DNA of 64,000 bases from Octopus bimaculoides (GCF_001194135.2 NC_068982.1:119851826-119915825), one strand, 5' to 3'. Numbered from the stretch's first letter, positions 1 to 12,960 are shown. Program-made: numbers and translations. Notes: a model not told the origin generated them from the sequence alone.

Positions 1-123
1 ATATATATAATATAATATAATATAATATAATATAATATAATATATATATATAATATATACATATATGTTTATATATTAGATATATATAATTTATATATAA
101 TATATATATTATATATATATATA

Positions 124-165
<42 letters not shown>
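1..165. repeat. Compound microsatellite (TAATA)n/(TA)n/(TG)n
   Basis: Read directly from the sequence. Confidence 0.95.
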
Positions 166-171
<6 letters not shown>

Positions 172-723
172 CACACGCGCATACATACACGCATAATTCA
201 CACACGCATACTTATGTGTGTGTATGTGTATTCGTGTGTGTTTGTAAAGGGGCAGCGGTCGTGTAGATTTAAATGTATGTTCGTGTGAATGCATGTATTT
301 GTACAGGAAAAGAATTAAGGAATGAGTTGTCTCGTTGCATTGTTTATTCTTAACAGTTTTGCCAACATTTAAACTCAACCTAAGTCATTTCACCTTATTA
401 TACAATTTCAGCACAGCGTAACTCTGTTGAAAAGGCAAAACTGTGCCATTTCAATGATAGATCAAGAGAAACCCTACAGATAATGTTATTTGAATACAAA
501 ATAAAACCTTCAAATGTTTGCTTCTACTGTGTGATTTCTTTTTGTAAACTTTTTTTTCCAAAACACATAGCACATTTTGCTAACCACTCAGCAAAACAAT
601 TATTGCGAAATTGAAAAAAAAAAAGTAAATCGCCGATAGCTATTATAGATAATCTAATGTAGCCTTAAAATATTATCTGAACGAAGAATCTGAATTCATA
701 TATATGTATATATATATATATAT

Positions 724-1677
724 NNNNNNNNNNNNNNNNNNNNNNNNNNNNNNNNNNNNNNNNNNNNNNNNNNNNNNNNNNNNNNNNNNNNNNNNNNNNN
801 NNNNNNNNNNNNNNNNNNNNNNNNNNNNNNNNNNNNNNNNNNNNNNNNNNNNNNNNNNNNNNNNNNNNNNNNNNNNNNNNNNNNNNNNNNNNNNNNNNNN
901 NNNNNNNNNNNNNNNNNNNNNNNNNNNNNNNNNNNNNNNNNNNNNNNNNNNNNNNNNNNNNNNNNNNNNNNNNNNNNNNNNNNNNNNNNNNNNNNNNNNN
1001 NNNNNNNNNNNNNNNNNNNNNNNNNNNNNNNNNNNNNNNNNNNNNNNNNNNNNNNNNNNNNNNNNNNNNNNNNNNNNNNNNNNNNNNNNNNNNNNNNNNN
1101 NNNNNNNNNNNNNNNNNNNNNNNNNNNNNNNNNNNNNNNNNNNNNNNNNNNNNNNNNNNNNNNNNNNNNNNNNNNNNNNNNNNNNNNNNNNNNNNNNNNN
1201 NNNNNNNNNNNNNNNNNNNNNNNNNNNNNNNNNNNNNNNNNNNNNNNNNNNNNNNNNNNNNNNNNNNNNNNNNNNNNNNNNNNNNNNNNNNNNNNNNNNN
1301 NNNNNNNNNNNNNNNNNNNNNNNNNNNNNNNNNNNNNNNNNNNNNNNNNNNNNNNNNNNNNNNNNNNNNNNNNNNNNNNNNNNNNNNNNNNNNNNNNNNN
1401 NNNNNNNNNNNNNNNNNNNNNNNNNNNNNNNNNNNNNNNNNNNNNNNNNNNNNNNNNNNNNNNNNNNNNNNNNNNNNNNNNNNNNNNNNNNNNNNNNNNN
1501 NNNNNNNNNNNNNNNNNNNNNNNNNNNNNNNNNNNNNNNNNNNNNNNNNNNNNNNNNNNNNNNNNNNNNNNNNNNNNNNNNNNNNNNNNNNNNNNNNNNN
1601 NNNNNNNNNNNNNNNNNNNNNNNNNNNNNNNNNNNNNNNNNNNNNNNNNNNNNNNNNNNNNNNNNNNNNNNNNNNNN
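724..1677. other. Assembly gap (N run)
   Basis: N run opening from a (TA)n tract. Similar gaps lie near 9420-10174, 10988-11162, 12961-13029, 14638-14647, 16159-16773, 18073-19021, 26674-27170, 31984-32091, 36530-36539, 37553-37652 and 57486-58177. Confidence 0.99.
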
Positions 1678-2482
1678 AACTAAACATGGGTTAAAGACAG
1701 TATATTTTGTTTTTCTGTCAATACTTACTTAATGTTCCATTTATTTTGTAAACAAAGTGAGAAACAAATGCGTCAGAGGTTTATAGTTCAAATTTTAACA
1801 TAATTAAGGGGCACTTCCTGCTGTGCAAGTAATTTAATTGCATTTTCTTAAGTCAACAAAACGTAAATCTGAAAACATAAGTGATTTCCTACAGCGAAAT
1901 GCAGAAAACACAAAAAGCAATGTGGTGATGTGAAAACTCATTTCATAGCTATGTACTGGGTACGAGTGCAAAATCAGTCTCGATGGATCCTTCCATCTAC
2001 ATAATAGTGACCCCCCCCCCACTTCAGTCATTAAAATTAATTCATTTGGCTCTGAGCTGAGTACCGAATTTGGAGCAATATATAAGGAGTGCTTTCGTAT
2101 GTTTTACGCTATGACAGAAATGTTCTAATTCACTAAGATGTTTTATATTCATAATATAATATAAATGAGCTGTGGCATTCTATTCTTGTTCCCGAGTATT
2201 GACAATGCAATTGAAATGAAATGGAAACACCTGTGATTAGCAACCAGGAAAAAACTTTACTCTACTACCAACGATTCGTAAATGTAATATTCGTAAAGCA
2301 AGTGTTTATAAGGCGTACTGCACTTATTGCATGTGGCAAGTTCGTCAGTGGGATTTAAATCTCATAAATCTCAGTGACTGGTTCTCAGAAAGATCAGCAG
2401 AAATTCATGATTTACTTTTAGAAAACAAAATTTAGGAAATACCCTTCATTCTCAGTCCTTAAACCCCAACAGAAAGCTGAAA

Positions 2483-2775
2483 ATGAAAGTGCAGACAGCT
2501 CTAAGGAAAATTAAGCAGGAATGGTGGAATGATACAGCAAAAAGGGCACAAGAAGCAGCTGATAGAAATGATGCCAAGGGTTTTTACTCTTATGTTAAGG
2601 AGGTGTATAGCCCAAAATCTTCCTCAATACCTCCAGTGAGAATAGCAAATGAACGTTTTCTTTTGACTGACACCGCTTTTATTCATAAGAGTTGGGTAGA
2701 ACATTTTCCTGCACTTTTAAATAGACCATCATCCGTTTGCATGAGTACGATAGAAAGAATTAAACACCTTCCCGT
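2483..2775 (+). mobile_element. RTE (BovB-like) LINE fragment, linker between endonuclease and RT
   Basis: WWNDTAKRAQEAADRNDAKGFYSYVKEVYSP...LLTD...WVEHFPALLNRPS matches the RTE pattern W..KA.E.Q.AAD.ND.K.FY..LK.VYGP...RW.EHF..LLNRPS; it runs into a microsatellite. Confidence 0.85.
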
Positions 2776-3134
2776 GTGTAATTGTACGAACATGTCTATA
2801 TGTTTGTGTATATATGTGCATGTGTATATATGTATAAGTGTATACGTACATATAGATATAGACATTTGTGTTTTAATTAATTCTTACTTGTAGACTTATA
2901 TGCTATCAATTGTTTCCTCCTATTTGTTTCCTCCTTATACCTATCTTTATCTCACATTTCATTACATTTTCTATTGAAGTGCAATCCACCATACTACATA
3001 TTTATATCCTTTTTGATGTAACCGTGTTTGGTGTTATAATTTTTGTTGATATAACAGCAATTCTGCATATAATATACGTATAACTTTAATGCGGACATGG
3101 TAGACGAGTGTGTGCATACACTTTTTGTGCGTAT

Positions 3135-3155
3135 GCATATATATATATATATATA

Positions 3156-3218
<63 letters not shown>
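3135..3218. repeat. (TA)n microsatellite
   Basis: Read directly from the sequence. Confidence 0.95.
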
Positions 3219-3220
<2 letters not shown>

Positions 3221-3267
3221 CTGTGTATGTATACATGGAAGTGCTTATATATATGTATGTGTGAATG

Positions 3268-4200
3268 TATTATGTCATCCCATAAATAATGTGGTTTTTT
3301 AATACTTCTTTTATTTTTCAAAATTAAGATGAACAAAATTTTTCAACTCGAAAATATACTCTCCTCATTTTCTTCAATGATTTGCCATCTCTGTGGTAGA
3401 TTTGCAAGGCCCCTCTTCTAAAAATCAATTGATCGTCAACAAAACTACCCCTCCAGTAATGTTCTGACTTCATCTACAGATTTCATATTTTTTCCGTCCA
3501 AATGAGTTTGAAGACTACCAAATAAATGATAATCAGACGGGGGAATGTCCTGCGAATACGGTGGATGGGCCATCGTTTCCCATTCAAATTGCTCCAGCCT
3601 TTGGAATGTCATCCTCGCTGTATGTGGCCGAGCGTTATCCTGATGGATGAACACCTTTCGTCTTGAAGCCAAAGATGATCGTTTTTCTTCTAGCGCTGAA
3701 TTAAGCCACCCAAGCTTCTAGCAGAACATCTTCTTTGTTATCACTTGGTTTGGTCTTAAATTTCACAGTTGACTAAACCTTTCATATCTCACCAAACATA
3801 TGACAACACCTTACGTGGGTGATGTCATTACTTAGCTTGGGGTGCCGATTTTTTCCTTTCCCTACCCAATCTCTTCGGCTCTTGACATTTTTATAGAGAC
3901 CCCATTTCTCATCACCAGTCACTATTCAATCAAAAAAGAGGTTCATTTGCGAGACTTGACAGTAAAGAAGAGCACACATTCACTCTCTGCGCGTGATTAG
4001 ATTCGGAAAGTTTGTGAGGAACCCATTGACCCAATTTGCTGATCTTCCGATGGCACGCAAGTGTCGATGAAGTGTTTAATGACAAAACCCAAGCTTCTCT
4101 GCTAGTTCTTCAACAGTTACGATAGAATTTTCTTCGACCAGGGTTTGAAGGTTGTCCTCGTCGGAGCTCAATAGATCTTCTACGACGAGGCTCGTCTTCT
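3268..4200 (-). mobile_element. Degenerate mariner (DD34D) transposon
   Basis: Minus-strand motifs occur in order: EDEPR..R/VEELAEKL (HTH), WVPHKL (~4005-4030), IVTGDEKW (~3905-3930), HQDNARPHT and HPPYSQDIPPSDYHLF (3445-3672). A TA plus TIR-like ttatgtcatcccataaataatgtgg lies at 3268; the other end is lost. Confidence 0.92.
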
Positions 4201-4208
4201 AGATATTA

Positions 4209-4209
4209 T

Positions 4210-4260
<51 letters not shown>

Positions 4261-4289
4261 CTTACATACATACATACGTACATACATAT

Positions 4290-4322
<33 letters not shown>
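4209..4322. repeat. (TAGA)n-(TACA)n-(TA)n compound microsatellite
   Basis: Read directly from the sequence. Confidence 0.95.
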
Positions 4323-5329
4323 CACTCGTGCGCGCATTTGTGTGTACGTACCCACGTTGGAAATACGTAAATTTATATATGCTTGCATTTATAAATGCAT
4401 GTAAGCGTGGCTCTTATTATTGTACGTACATCTGTCATCATGTACGTACTCATTTCGATGGATTCTGAAGTAGTATTCGTAATTCCGCCGTTGGAACATC
4501 CGCTTTGACAGTTCTACCCTGTTAGCCCCTTATTCCATCTTCTTTTTCTTATTTTCCTACGCTTTCTCTCTCTCTCTCTCTTTCTCTCATCTATTTATCT
4601 AAAGATGCCAAACTGAAAGGATCAAGCCACATCTTGTTGTATCTTTTCACCCGAAACTAATTTTTTAATCACCTCACGGAAACGGTTTCTTCATGATGCA
4701 ATCGTTGTATTCGAACAATAAATAGTGCCTCCGAAACAGCTGTAGTGAATAAATCGTATTGAGTAAAAGAAAAATTTAAAAATTTAAAAATTTATAACTC
4801 TTCTTCGGTATATTTCGGATGTTTATTCCAAAGCATGGTACAATTAATTTATGATCAGTTATTTCGATAACAAATAACAAATATACAATTATTACTGAAA
4901 TGTTAAATAGTAATATATCAATTTAATATTACGAACAAACTTCTTTCAACACAAAAGCTTACTGGCAGTACTTTACTTCTATACTATATATTACTAAAAT
5001 ATAGGGATGATAGTATAAAATTCACACTATGTAACCGATTTTAATGAAAGTTCTCTTTCGCAGCAAACAAAAATCGCATTAGTTTTAATATACTACAAAA
5101 TTTTAATGTTTATTATACTAAAATGCTATTTATTATAATTTAAACAGTGTTATTTAATATATTAATAAAATTGTGAAAAAATTATAACGAACAATCATGA
5201 ATAATGCAAAAAGTTTTATAGAATTTTCATGGTAAAATTGATTAAAAACATCAATACGATCAATAGTAAACATTACACTGTATTTGTTTCCTGTGCCCTC
5301 AACTATATTCTGAAAACAAGTTTCAAATG

Positions 5330-6840
5330 AAATCACCCATCAATGTTTGATTCCACTTGCTCTGATATCGTTTTGCATCAGCTCTATATCCTGATGGAAA
5401 CATTGACCATGCTCTTCTGACTACGCAGAAAAATCCCCAAAATGAGAATGCAGATAGTGCACCTTAAGTGACATTTTATATGTCATATTTCTGTAAATTT
5501 CAAACAGTTCCCCATTAAAGATCGTGTACTTCTTCATCGTGTTGCTGCTCAGAAACCAATGGACAACCTTCTTTAATGCATTCCAAGTTGTTTTCGCCAA
5601 AACCGTCAATTTTATATTCAGAGTTTCGCATAGAAGTCTCTACTTCAAATACAGCACAATAAGCACAGGAACTAAATTTGCACAGATCAATTTCACCTAA
5701 ATTGTTCGTATATTGGTATAAGTTTTGCGTATAGTGATTTAGGGTTGTGAATAAAGTATTTTATCAAGCCTAATTTAATAGGGTGGAGAGGATACATCGT
5801 GCTTTACATCTTGAGTACTCGGCTGTTTGCTTTTGTCTATCCCTGTTATCTCATATAAAACGAAAGGATGCATAGTCTATCTCCCACTGTAATCTGAGCA
5901 TGAATACCAACATCTTGAAATCATCTTATACTTCCGACATAGAGTCATCATATTTAATCTCTTAGAGCAAGACATTGATATTTTGGTTATCTTCTTTCAA
6001 GTTACCGCATTTACCACCAGAGATGAGTGGAAACAGGTTGCCACTGAGAAGCAGCACTGCTTTCAGACTTCTAATAGAGTTGTCAATGAACGTGATTGAT
6101 TTTAGACAACAGTCTTTGATCAGGCTGGAGGTAAAATCAATCACTTCAGACCTTTTATATCAGAACAGAAGCGCACTGAACAGAAACGGGGAAAGCTGCA
6201 TCCTATGCCCGGCACCTCAAAATTGTTATTTTTGCATCAAGTAGGTTTTATTCCTCCATTCCAAACTCTAGTAGATTTAGTTAGATTCAGGTCTCTTAGA
6301 AAGTAATCAAGTTTTTCCTAGTTTAGGAAGTGTATTTTTTTGTTTGTTTGTTTTTTTTTAACACAAGCATGCTGTTTCCTTCCAATTTTCATTGTAATGT
6401 TAAATTCATCTGTTTATTCCAAAGCTAAACAGGCTCAAAATCGTCAGGTCTTCATCAAGTGGCACCGGTGCAACTGAGATGACATGTTCAGATAGAGCGT
6501 ATTCTTCCAATATTGTGGTCCGTTATTAGTAGACATTTCTGCTACATAGAAATAACAGTCGCTTAGAAGTTCTGTCGGATCTTGGCGGATTCTTGACATA
6601 GTTAATGTCATTCATTTACTGCTGCAAACACATCCATACCTCAACTGTATATTAGCAACTACCACAACAATTATCAGAAACACGTGTCTTTTTCATGTTT
6701 ACCAATGGAAGCGCTGAAGTGTATTTCAAACGTGACATAACATTTGGTACTCTTCATCGCGTCTTACTTGTTTTGAGCCAATATAATATCTACACAGTTA
6801 ACGTATTCGGTCAGGTGATATCTTGCTGTATTTAGAAGCC
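5330..6840 (-). mobile_element. Chapaev3-like (CMC superfamily) DNA transposase fossil
   Basis: Frameshifted minus-strand motifs occur in order: CCGSC (~6670), SDCYF (~6560), RDLNL (~6290), FIDNSIRSLKAVLL (~6070), PLHPIKLGLIK (~5780), MSLKVHYLHSH and SEEHGQCFHQDI...KRYQSKW (5350-5480). They match recalled Chapaev3 motifs PH.CC..C, DCYFC, FIDSSK.SLKAVLLH, PPLHIKLGLMK and SDEHGERFHQDI. Confidence 0.8.
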
Positions 6841-7086
6841 GTCGTTATACCGCCAAACACTAAAATTAATGCAATTTAACCATCATTATACAATAATACA
6901 ATTAAACTAAAACTAATGCAATATTGTGAAGGGAAACATATGACGTGAGTAGAATAACGAACCATTTTGGGATTCTTTTTTTTTTCTATTTACATCTTGT
7001 ACAACTTTTAAGTTTTCAAAATACCACCTACCTTGAATATCTGTAGCAAGTATTTTATAAATACATATACATATGTATTCATAAAA

Positions 7087-7259
7087 CAGGTGTTGGCATG
7101 GCTGTGTGGTAAGAAGTTTGCGTCTTAACCACATGTTTAAAGATTCAGTCCCACAGCGTGGCACCTTCGGCAAGTGGCTCCTACTATAGCCTCGAGCTGA
7201 GACCAAAGCCTGGTCAGTGGATTTGGTAGACAGAAGCTTAAAGAAATCTGTCATATGTA

Positions 7260-7331
<72 letters not shown>

Positions 7332-7567
7332 TGTATGTATGTATGTATGTATGTATGTGTGTATGTACCTGTGCGTGTGTGTCTTTGTGTGTTCTTGTCC
7401 TACACCACTGCTGGACAACTACTGTTGGTGTTTTTACGTCTCCGTAACCAAGCGGTTTGGCAAAACTAACCGATAGAGTCAGTACCAGGCTTAAAAAGAA
7501 AGTAATTAGTGGAGTCGGTTCATTCGATTAAAAATCTTTTAGTCGAAAGGCTAAAACAAGTAAAAGA
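7087..7567 (+). mobile_element. SINE family C: tRNA-like head, internal (TA/TG)n, 3' body
   Basis: Head ggcatggctgtgtggtaagaag...agattcagtccc...gtggatttggtagac, then a microsatellite at 7255-7380, then a body ending aaacaagtaaaaga. Homologous copies lie at 9262, 56520 and 58226. Confidence 0.85.
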
Positions 7568-7927
7568 CATTTTGTTGGGTTTTCCCGTTCTGCTATGGCT
7601 TAGCGTTCTATTAATAACATCATTTCTGGTCTCCAGTTTACACTTCCCAGCATCTCTTCAAACGTTCAGCCCTACAGTCTCAATTTTCCTAGCCTGTTTT
7701 CCTTCAATACATTCTACTGACTATACATACACACGACATACGAATATGTACACACTAGCAACACGCACAACACGTACATACGCAAAATAACGCGCACTCA
7801 AAGTAGACACAAGCTAATTTCAATACAAACACATACTTCTGCATTTATATACTATGAACAATGCTCACATTTTTCAGCAGACAGTAGACGCATACAAACG
7901 TAAATATCATTTATAAATACTGATTGA

Positions 7928-8097
7928 AAATTTTGGCATACGGCCAGCAATTTCGTGGATGGGGACTAGTCAATTGCACCGACCCTAAAGTTCAACTGAG
8001 AATCATTTTATCGAACACCGAGGGTGAAAGGCAAAGACGTCCTCAGCCTATTTTGAAGCCAGAAAGTAAAGGCGGGCGAAATGCCAGCTCACTGCCT
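7928..8097 (-). mobile_element. Diverged SINE family A copy with an internal deletion
   Basis: tgaaaggcaaagac...ttttgaagccagaaagtaaa...gcgaaatgccagctcactgcc aligns to the A copies at 24700 and 32602. Confidence 0.65.
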
Positions 8098-8158
8098 TAA
8101 TATCACACATACGTATTATTACCATCACATTGTTATGTGAGATGCATACTTATTTGTT

Positions 8159-8530
8159 GACGACGACGTTGCCATCTATAAGTCTTATCCTACATTTTGT
8201 GAGTTGATAGATGTGAAAATATTCCGATCCTGGAATGGCATGTCCTTGAACACAAATGATACGAGGAGCTGCCCATTATGTTGTAGGTGAATCTAAGATG
8301 ACGTTAATGTCTCTTTTCTTCAAGTTTCTCACGTCGAATTAGTTCAAAGTGTGCAGCTCATTCGTCGCGGAGGGAGCGCCTGATTTGTTAAGTGTTCGAG
8401 TTGTGCCGGTTGAATGTTGCAGGAGTTGAGGACAAGCTTAAGATGGTTCCTCGAACTCTCTTCTTGAGTTTCCTGTGCGGGTGAACGCCGGTTGATAGCT
8501 CTCCGAAGAAGACCAATGTGGGATAACCTT
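8159..8530 (-). mobile_element. RTE (BovB-like) LINE 3' end
   Basis: Minus strand reads VFFGELSTGV..., then a terminal CSRTCHSRIGIFSHLSTHK* (C2H2-like end typical of RTE ORFs), then a short (GTC)n tail. Confidence 0.8.
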
Positions 8531-9261
8531 TATATGAATATTTCAATGACCCATTATTTGTAAAGTGTATCATTTTAAATCTGGAATGTCCTGTATAGAA
8601 ACAAAAGTGTAATGCAAGTGCAATTTTAAGACACAAAATTAAACATGCATTAATCTATCACCATGTACACATTCAACTGGAGATATGACGATTAAAACAT
8701 TTTTATTCACAAGGATTATCCTAAATAACCCTCACCTCCCTTTAATTCCATGGATTTCGCAATTGCCAATTTTCCCCCATCAGAAAAATTAACATACTCC
8801 ACCTACACACAGTATTGATCAATAGAAAAACTTACCTATTTTATTGTATGTTCCTTATGCTGCTTCCGGCTAAGAACCGTAATATACCACTAGGCTTAGA
8901 CAAAATAGCGGAGTATATAATTCTCGCCTGCCCATGTAAATTACAGTTTACCAACAATAATGTTGGTCACGCAAGTCAGCTACATTAATACATGATAATG
9001 TTTGTCACTAAAACATAATAACCTAAGTTACACTCAGCTGTACCACGTTGAGATCTCAATAAAGGAGCTCATGTGAATATAAAAACAAAAATATAGTAAC
9101 ATTAAAAACCAATAGATGCTTAAATACGCTCACTTAATAACCGTTTAAATTTTGTATAAAAAGTCTGCACATAGTTTTCAGGGCTCTAAAACTTATAAAG
9201 ATTTAAGTAGTGCTATTCATTACATATATCTCAAAACAAATGTGCGGCATGCTGCATTCAT

Positions 9262-9365
9262 ATGGCCCAGCGGCTGTTTGGTAGGTAGCTTGCTTAGCAA
9301 CCACACGTTCCGGGTTCAGCCTTGTGAGTGGATTTGGTAGGGGGAAACTGAAAGAAACCCATCGC

Positions 9366-9419
<54 letters not shown>
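9262..9419 (+). mobile_element. SINE family C head, internally deleted, running into (TG)n and a gap
   Basis: ggctgtttggtaggtagcttgcttagcaaccacacgttccgggttcag|ccttgtgagtggatttggtag...aaactgaaagaaaccc. Confidence 0.8.
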
Positions 9420-10174
9420 NNNNNNNNNNNNNNNNNNNNNNNNNNNNNNNNNNNNNNNNNNNNNNNNNNNNNNNNNNNNNNNNNNNNNNNNNNNNNNNNN
9501 NNNNNNNNNNNNNNNNNNNNNNNNNNNNNNNNNNNNNNNNNNNNNNNNNNNNNNNNNNNNNNNNNNNNNNNNNNNNNNNNNNNNNNNNNNNNNNNNNNNN
9601 NNNNNNNNNNNNNNNNNNNNNNNNNNNNNNNNNNNNNNNNNNNNNNNNNNNNNNNNNNNNNNNNNNNNNNNNNNNNNNNNNNNNNNNNNNNNNNNNNNNN
9701 NNNNNNNNNNNNNNNNNNNNNNNNNNNNNNNNNNNNNNNNNNNNNNNNNNNNNNNNNNNNNNNNNNNNNNNNNNNNNNNNNNNNNNNNNNNNNNNNNNNN
9801 NNNNNNNNNNNNNNNNNNNNNNNNNNNNNNNNNNNNNNNNNNNNNNNNNNNNNNNNNNNNNNNNNNNNNNNNNNNNNNNNNNNNNNNNNNNNNNNNNNNN
9901 NNNNNNNNNNNNNNNNNNNNNNNNNNNNNNNNNNNNNNNNNNNNNNNNNNNNNNNNNNNNNNNNNNNNNNNNNNNNNNNNNNNNNNNNNNNNNNNNNNNN
10001 NNNNNNNNNNNNNNNNNNNNNNNNNNNNNNNNNNNNNNNNNNNNNNNNNNNNNNNNNNNNNNNNNNNNNNNNNNNNNNNNNNNNNNNNNNNNNNNNNNNN
10101 NNNNNNNNNNNNNNNNNNNNNNNNNNNNNNNNNNNNNNNNNNNNNNNNNNNNNNNNNNNNNNNNNNNNNNNNNN

Positions 10175-10214
<40 letters not shown>

Positions 10215-10699
10215 TATATGTTGGTTTTGCGTCTTCGTGTGAATGTTATATAGATGTTTGTTTATGATTGCATGTTTTGTCTGTGCGGGAATGTGTTCTT
10301 GTACAGGTCTTATGTTACGTGTATGTTCCTGTGTATTAATTATAATCATTGCCTCGGTACATATATGTACGCGATTATAAGTAAACCAGATGACAAGAAA
10401 TAAAAGAACCGTTACATATTTGGAATAATGTTGGTAGCTATGCTTATATTTGTGTTTTGGCAATGTAATATTTTGGTGTTTAATTCGTTTTGCCTTTGTT
10501 TCCTTGTCTTTTTTTTATTATTTGAAATAGAGATTGAAATATATGTATCATAAATATTGTAGGGTACATAGTGACATCAACACCCCCATCACAAGCTTTG
10601 TTTTTTTTTTACTTGACAGTTATAAAGTGAGACCAGCTATGATTAGCAGAAAATAACTACATGAAACAGACTAGTTACTATAGCAACACCAGTCCGCAA

Positions 10700-10830
10700 A
10701 TGTCGCCGTCAACCCCAATACACACACATCAGAGCAACGAACTTTTCCTATCCTCTAATTGTCCACATGTCCTGATGAAGGGATCATAACCTCGAAATAT
10801 AGAAATAAAACTCCAACTACCCTTACTTTT
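10700..10830 (+). mobile_element. Probable Penelope pLTR relic with a degenerate hammerhead core
   Basis: CTGATGA at 10772-10778, a short stem II with one A-C mismatch, GAAA at 10794-10797; no intact stems I or III. Confidence 0.35.
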
Positions 10831-11433
10831 ATTTTAAAAGTTAACTTTTTATCTTATTTCGCATTCTTCTAGACTTACCGAGCAAGTTTTTACAATGTAA
10901 AATCACACAATGCTTCTCTGTAACAAGTTCAAACATATACATATATACATCCATGTATATATATAAATATATATATATATAAATATANNNNNNNNNNNNN
11001 NNNNNNNNNNNNNNNNNNNNNNNNNNNNNNNNNNNNNNNNNNNNNNNNNNNNNNNNNNNNNNNNNNNNNNNNNNNNNNNNNNNNNNNNNNNNNNNNNNNN
11101 NNNNNNNNNNNNNNNNNNNNNNNNNNNNNNNNNNNNNNNNNNNNNNNNNNNNNNNNNNNNNNTAAAGCAAATTTTAGAGGTAATACTTGATAATGGCAAG
11201 CACCTGTATATGCCAGATAGTGGCCGAGGTGAAAGAATAGAAAACGTAAAATTAAAATAGAACACAAAGGATTCCGCGGTACAAGTGTTTCAAGCTTTAT
11301 ACACAAAAAGTCGTTGCATCATTATATGGGTATATAATTGATAGACAGGATGGTATAAACCTATCTTCAGCCGCAAAAATATTATTTCCCAAGATTATAT
11401 CACAAAGAAGAAATCACCAAGAATAAAGAAAAA

Positions 11434-11481
11434 GAGAGAGAAGCAGGAGAGAGAAGCAGGAGAGAGAAGCAGGAGAGAGAA
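11434..11481. repeat. 13-bp tandem repeat gagagagaagcag, 3.7 copies
   Basis: Read directly from the sequence. Confidence 0.9.
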
Positions 11482-11565
11482 AAGGGGAAGTCCACTTGGT
11501 ATTATCCATTGTAATATCCATTGTAATATGTTTACATATTACAATATGTTTACGTTTTCTCTCAC

Positions 11566-11935
11566 CTAGGCTGTCGCACCTGCATCTACACTACATCCCC
11601 AACTATACTATCCTCTCCGTCACCCACCATCTATCATGTCACCGACTCCTTTCTCTGCATCTCCAGCAAGGTCATTTACTGAATCTCCTTCTCACTCTGT
11701 TCTTCCCTGTACATTGCTCAAATGGGATGCCATCTGGCCCTCTGGTTCTCTGAGCACCTCCGAGTCATCAGACTCGGAAGTGACACACTTGGTTTGCCGC
11801 ACTTCCGCTCCACCGATCATTCGCTACAATTGTCTGTGTTCTAACTATCACCCGGATCCCGCCTCTTCTTTGAACAGGTATTGATCTCTCTGCATTCCTT
11901 TGTTCAAAATGGCCTTAATTTTCCTCCTCTCTTCA
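11566..11935 (+). mobile_element. Penelope-like element, GIY-YIG endonuclease fragment
   Basis: GCRTCIY...VTDSFLCISSKVIY*ISFSLCSSLYIAQMG...FSEHLR...HFRSTDHS...EQVLI..NGLN matches the PLE pattern C..C...F.C.S.NVIY.I.C..C..LYIG.TG...RF.EH...HF...E..LI...GLN. Confidence 0.85.
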
Positions 11936-12640
11936 CCCAAAATCAATCCCACACATATTCCCACACGCTTCTCACCTTTAACTGTCACTTTCCTCCACCC
12001 CACACCTGTACACCGTCTAACTCAGTACCCTCATTACACACACCCTTATCGAAACAGCCATGCACACTGTTCATCTCAGTACTCACAGCACATACCAAAA
12101 TACATGCACCCACACACACAGGAACATGCACTCACTTACACACCACAAACACCCATGCACTCTGTTTAACTCAGTACCCACACCACACACCATTATGCAC
12201 AGGTACACAACACACCTAAACACAGACAATATACGTACGCACACAACATGCATAAACACATACAAATTTCGCAATAAACATACTCAAAAATCACGCACAA
12301 AATAGGATCTACACACACTTCATCCATCACACATGTGCATACACCACTCGTTAAGTGCTACACACAAACGTTTGCACACACACACACGAGCGCGCGCGAT
12401 ATCCCCATACACATACGATTCACAGTCTCACACATATAAACACAAGTCCATACAGACACACATACACACACAAAAATACACGAAACACACATCACTCCAC
12501 ACAATGCACGCAACAGAATACTCATGCATAAGCACACAGAGGCCCACATAAATTTAAGCTCACCTATTCATTCACACACACTCTCTCCCATTCACACACA
12601 CACTCACAAACACCATTCTTACATACTCAGACACGCGTGC
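11935..12640. repeat. Cryptic CA-rich low-complexity tract with a degenerate ~35-bp subrepeat
   Basis: actcagtacc/atctcagtac near 12020, 12075 and 12170; ccatgcac.ctgtt near 12058 and 12155. Confidence 0.7.
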
Positions 12641-12739
12641 ACATCGTAGTTCAGTCAGGTCACTGTTATTATCTCCCCTTGAGTCATCTTCCAGTCATTT
12701 CACGTTGAACCGTTCAGCTCTACACATTATGTTCTCTCT

Positions 12740-12912
12740 CTGTTCTTTCTTTTTTTTTCTTTTGCTCTCATTGTATTTTTTCCTCTCAATCCTTTCTGTC
12801 GAAGAGTATAGACTAGAAACATGGAAGAGGTTTCCATTCTCCCCGAGTGTTAAACTAAGTTACCTGTTTGCTGTTCCCTCACCTGTGCTCGTCTATCGTT
12901 TCCTGCAAAATT
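12740..12912 (+). mobile_element. Probable Penelope 3'/pLTR segment with a hammerhead-like relic
   Basis: ctgtcga (12796-12802), an agt/act stem, gaaac (12816-12820), then an atggaa/ttccat hairpin; lies downstream of the GIY-YIG fragment. Confidence 0.4.
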
Positions 12913-12919
12913 GAAATAT

Positions 12920-12960
<41 letters not shown>

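Noticed and set aside
4720-4750. gaaacagctgt resembling a Penelope hammerhead 3' half
   Set aside because: No CUGANGA core or stem II upstream
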